Part shown: piece by piece, positions 62,291 to 64,000 of the stretch
How positions within the stretch are numbered: the stretch's first letter is position 1
Layout of the letters: each line of letters begins with the position of its first letter
Source: Vicugna vicugna
Lineage: Eukaryota
DNA: 64,000 nt
Direction: 5' to 3'
NCBI GenBank assembly: GCA_013265495.1
Contig: MU057560.1
Location: 1 to 64,000 of the forward strand
Translations under genes and position numbers: made by a program
The notes under the pieces: model-generated
Database searches by the model: none
What the model was told of the DNA's origin: nothing
The model's input: the letters and a program-made list of their open reading frames with translations, nothing else

Positions 62291-64000
62291 TTAGTTACTA
62301 CAGAGAGACACCAGTCAAATGAATCTTCGTAGGTACTCTGCTCACCAGCTTATCTCACAGATAAAGAGATCAAACACCTAGAAATGAAACGCTTTGTCCA
62401 ACCTCCTTCCTCATGAAGATTGTCTTCCCTCCTGTATTTTGGCCTGTCCCTTGTTACTCTGGATCCTCTTTGCAACCCAATTTCTGTAATTAATTTATCT
62501 CCTCCCATGACTTTTAAGTATCACCGAGTTACTGGTAATGCCAAACTCTACCAGCACCACCAGCATCCTTCCTCTCGCCTCCTAGTTTCAGCAAATATCT
62601 TGGCAGGAGAGGGTGATGAGGCGGGACTAGGAAGTGGGCAGTCACGCTTACCGAGGAGGTCAGCTGCCCAAGCCGGAATGTTTCTGCAGCTCCTCCTGAT
62701 GCCCACGCAGGGCCGTCAATCTCACTCCAGGGGCACTACCTCCAGACATCTCTTCCTGTGTAGTCAGTGACTGCCTACACTTGAGACAGGGTATCTAATG
62801 AAGGAGCTTAGACCCCCCGCCCCCACCCACCTGAATCTGCAGAGTCAAACTCAAGAAATAGAACCTTTTACGAGAGTTAAAATATAATTATTTTCATATT
62901 AATGACAACCCTAACAAAAGTTTTGCCAGTTGTAAAGGTAAAAGTTCCATCCTGAGCAGTCATTTTTAACTGAAAACTATTTTCCCGTAACACGGCTGCT
63001 TTCATATGAGCATGTTTTTTAAAACAGGCCCATGGAATCCTGAGGTCCATGAATATATTTCTAAGGGGTCTGAGAGAACTTCTTCTCTTTAAAATGATTA
63101 TTTCCATTATTCAGATTTTAGAGACACTGTTAACACATCTGGGACTGTTTACTTCAGAATTTAGAAATAACAAAAATATCTTGCCTTACTATTATTATTA
63201 TTTTAATTTTTACAGTGTGGTCCAAGTCTCTCTTCCCCAGAGCACCAATCATAGATTATAACTCTCCCCTGTGAAAACTCAGAACCCCTCTTTGATGAGT
63301 GGCAATTCCTTTGTAAACTGTAAAGGGCCCCATAAACATTTGGCGCAGGCAGAGCAAACCAGTTATTGAAGTTACGAGCCCCCAACACAAGTCTAAAATC
63401 TGGCTTAATTGCAGCGAGAATGTTCTGATTCATTTAATAGTTTGTGTAAGAAGTGCCCTGTGATGTTATTTCCTTTAAATCTAGTTCGATCAGACGCCAG
63501 GCCTCCACGGTGCTGAGATGAAGGGAACATAAAATGGAGCCGTCATTGGGCTCCCATCATATAGCTGGGCTTCCAGTACTGCACAGGTCTTGGGTCTACA
63601 CAAGGCAGATCATTCCGGAAAGCCCTTCTGGGACCCCTCCACCTCCAGGTGTCACTGAGATGCTCTTGGTCCAAGAGGCCCGGACCCTTAAGCCTGGAAG
63701 CTCTGGCAGTTCTGTGTGGCTTACAGCACTGGAATATTCACGGTGACCTACAGCGCGTGGCCTGGCCTGGCCTGACAGTCACGAGCGCCACTTTCCTTGG
63801 CATCTTCTCAGCAAGGGGTGAGGGAGCCGACCGAGAAGCCTTCCTACCATGGCAAAGCTCACCGAGGGGCAGTCCTTCTGCGGCGAGACTGCAGCTCCTG
63901 CCAATCTCCCGTGCTTTTAGCCCGCAAAGCCCTTCTTCTTTCCCCTCCCTTTCTGAGATATGATGTGTATTCTCTTTAATCAGCTTCAAATCTTTGAAAT

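Noticed and set aside
1..64000. A novel multi-gene biological system or a named host gene/locus
   Set aside because: No coding exons or RNA genes could be recognised, and the locus cannot be identified without a genome alignment.

Overview
This is mammalian non-coding DNA, most likely from a camelid. The evidence is a Vic-1-type tRNA-Ala-derived SINE and several camelid/cetartiodactyl-type L1 3' tails. I recognise no intact protein-coding gene, functional RNA gene, CRISPR array or prokaryote-like system. The ORF track is almost entirely chance ORFs or transposon remnants. The window is an intergenic or intronic mosaic containing: a CA-rich low-complexity block (1-390); a Tigger13a-like DNA transposon; a decayed hAT/Charlie transposase fossil with BED finger, catalytic-core and C-terminal motifs still readable (about 2200-4200); a 4.1 kb decayed L1MC-type LINE carrying a nested younger L1 tail; other L1, L2, MIR, MER and MaLR/ERV LTR fragments; several CpG-rich patches; and repeat-free, motif-dense segments that look like enhancers. 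The most notable observations are: localised AT-to-GC drift of ancient repeats that seems to create CpG-island-like peaks; at least nine very short L1 3'-tail insertions, some with clean target-site duplications (TSDs) and one probable twin-priming inversion; and a candidate 36-nt micro-exon on the minus strand. Repeat subfamily names come from recalled consensus sequences, not a database search, and most boundaries are approximate.
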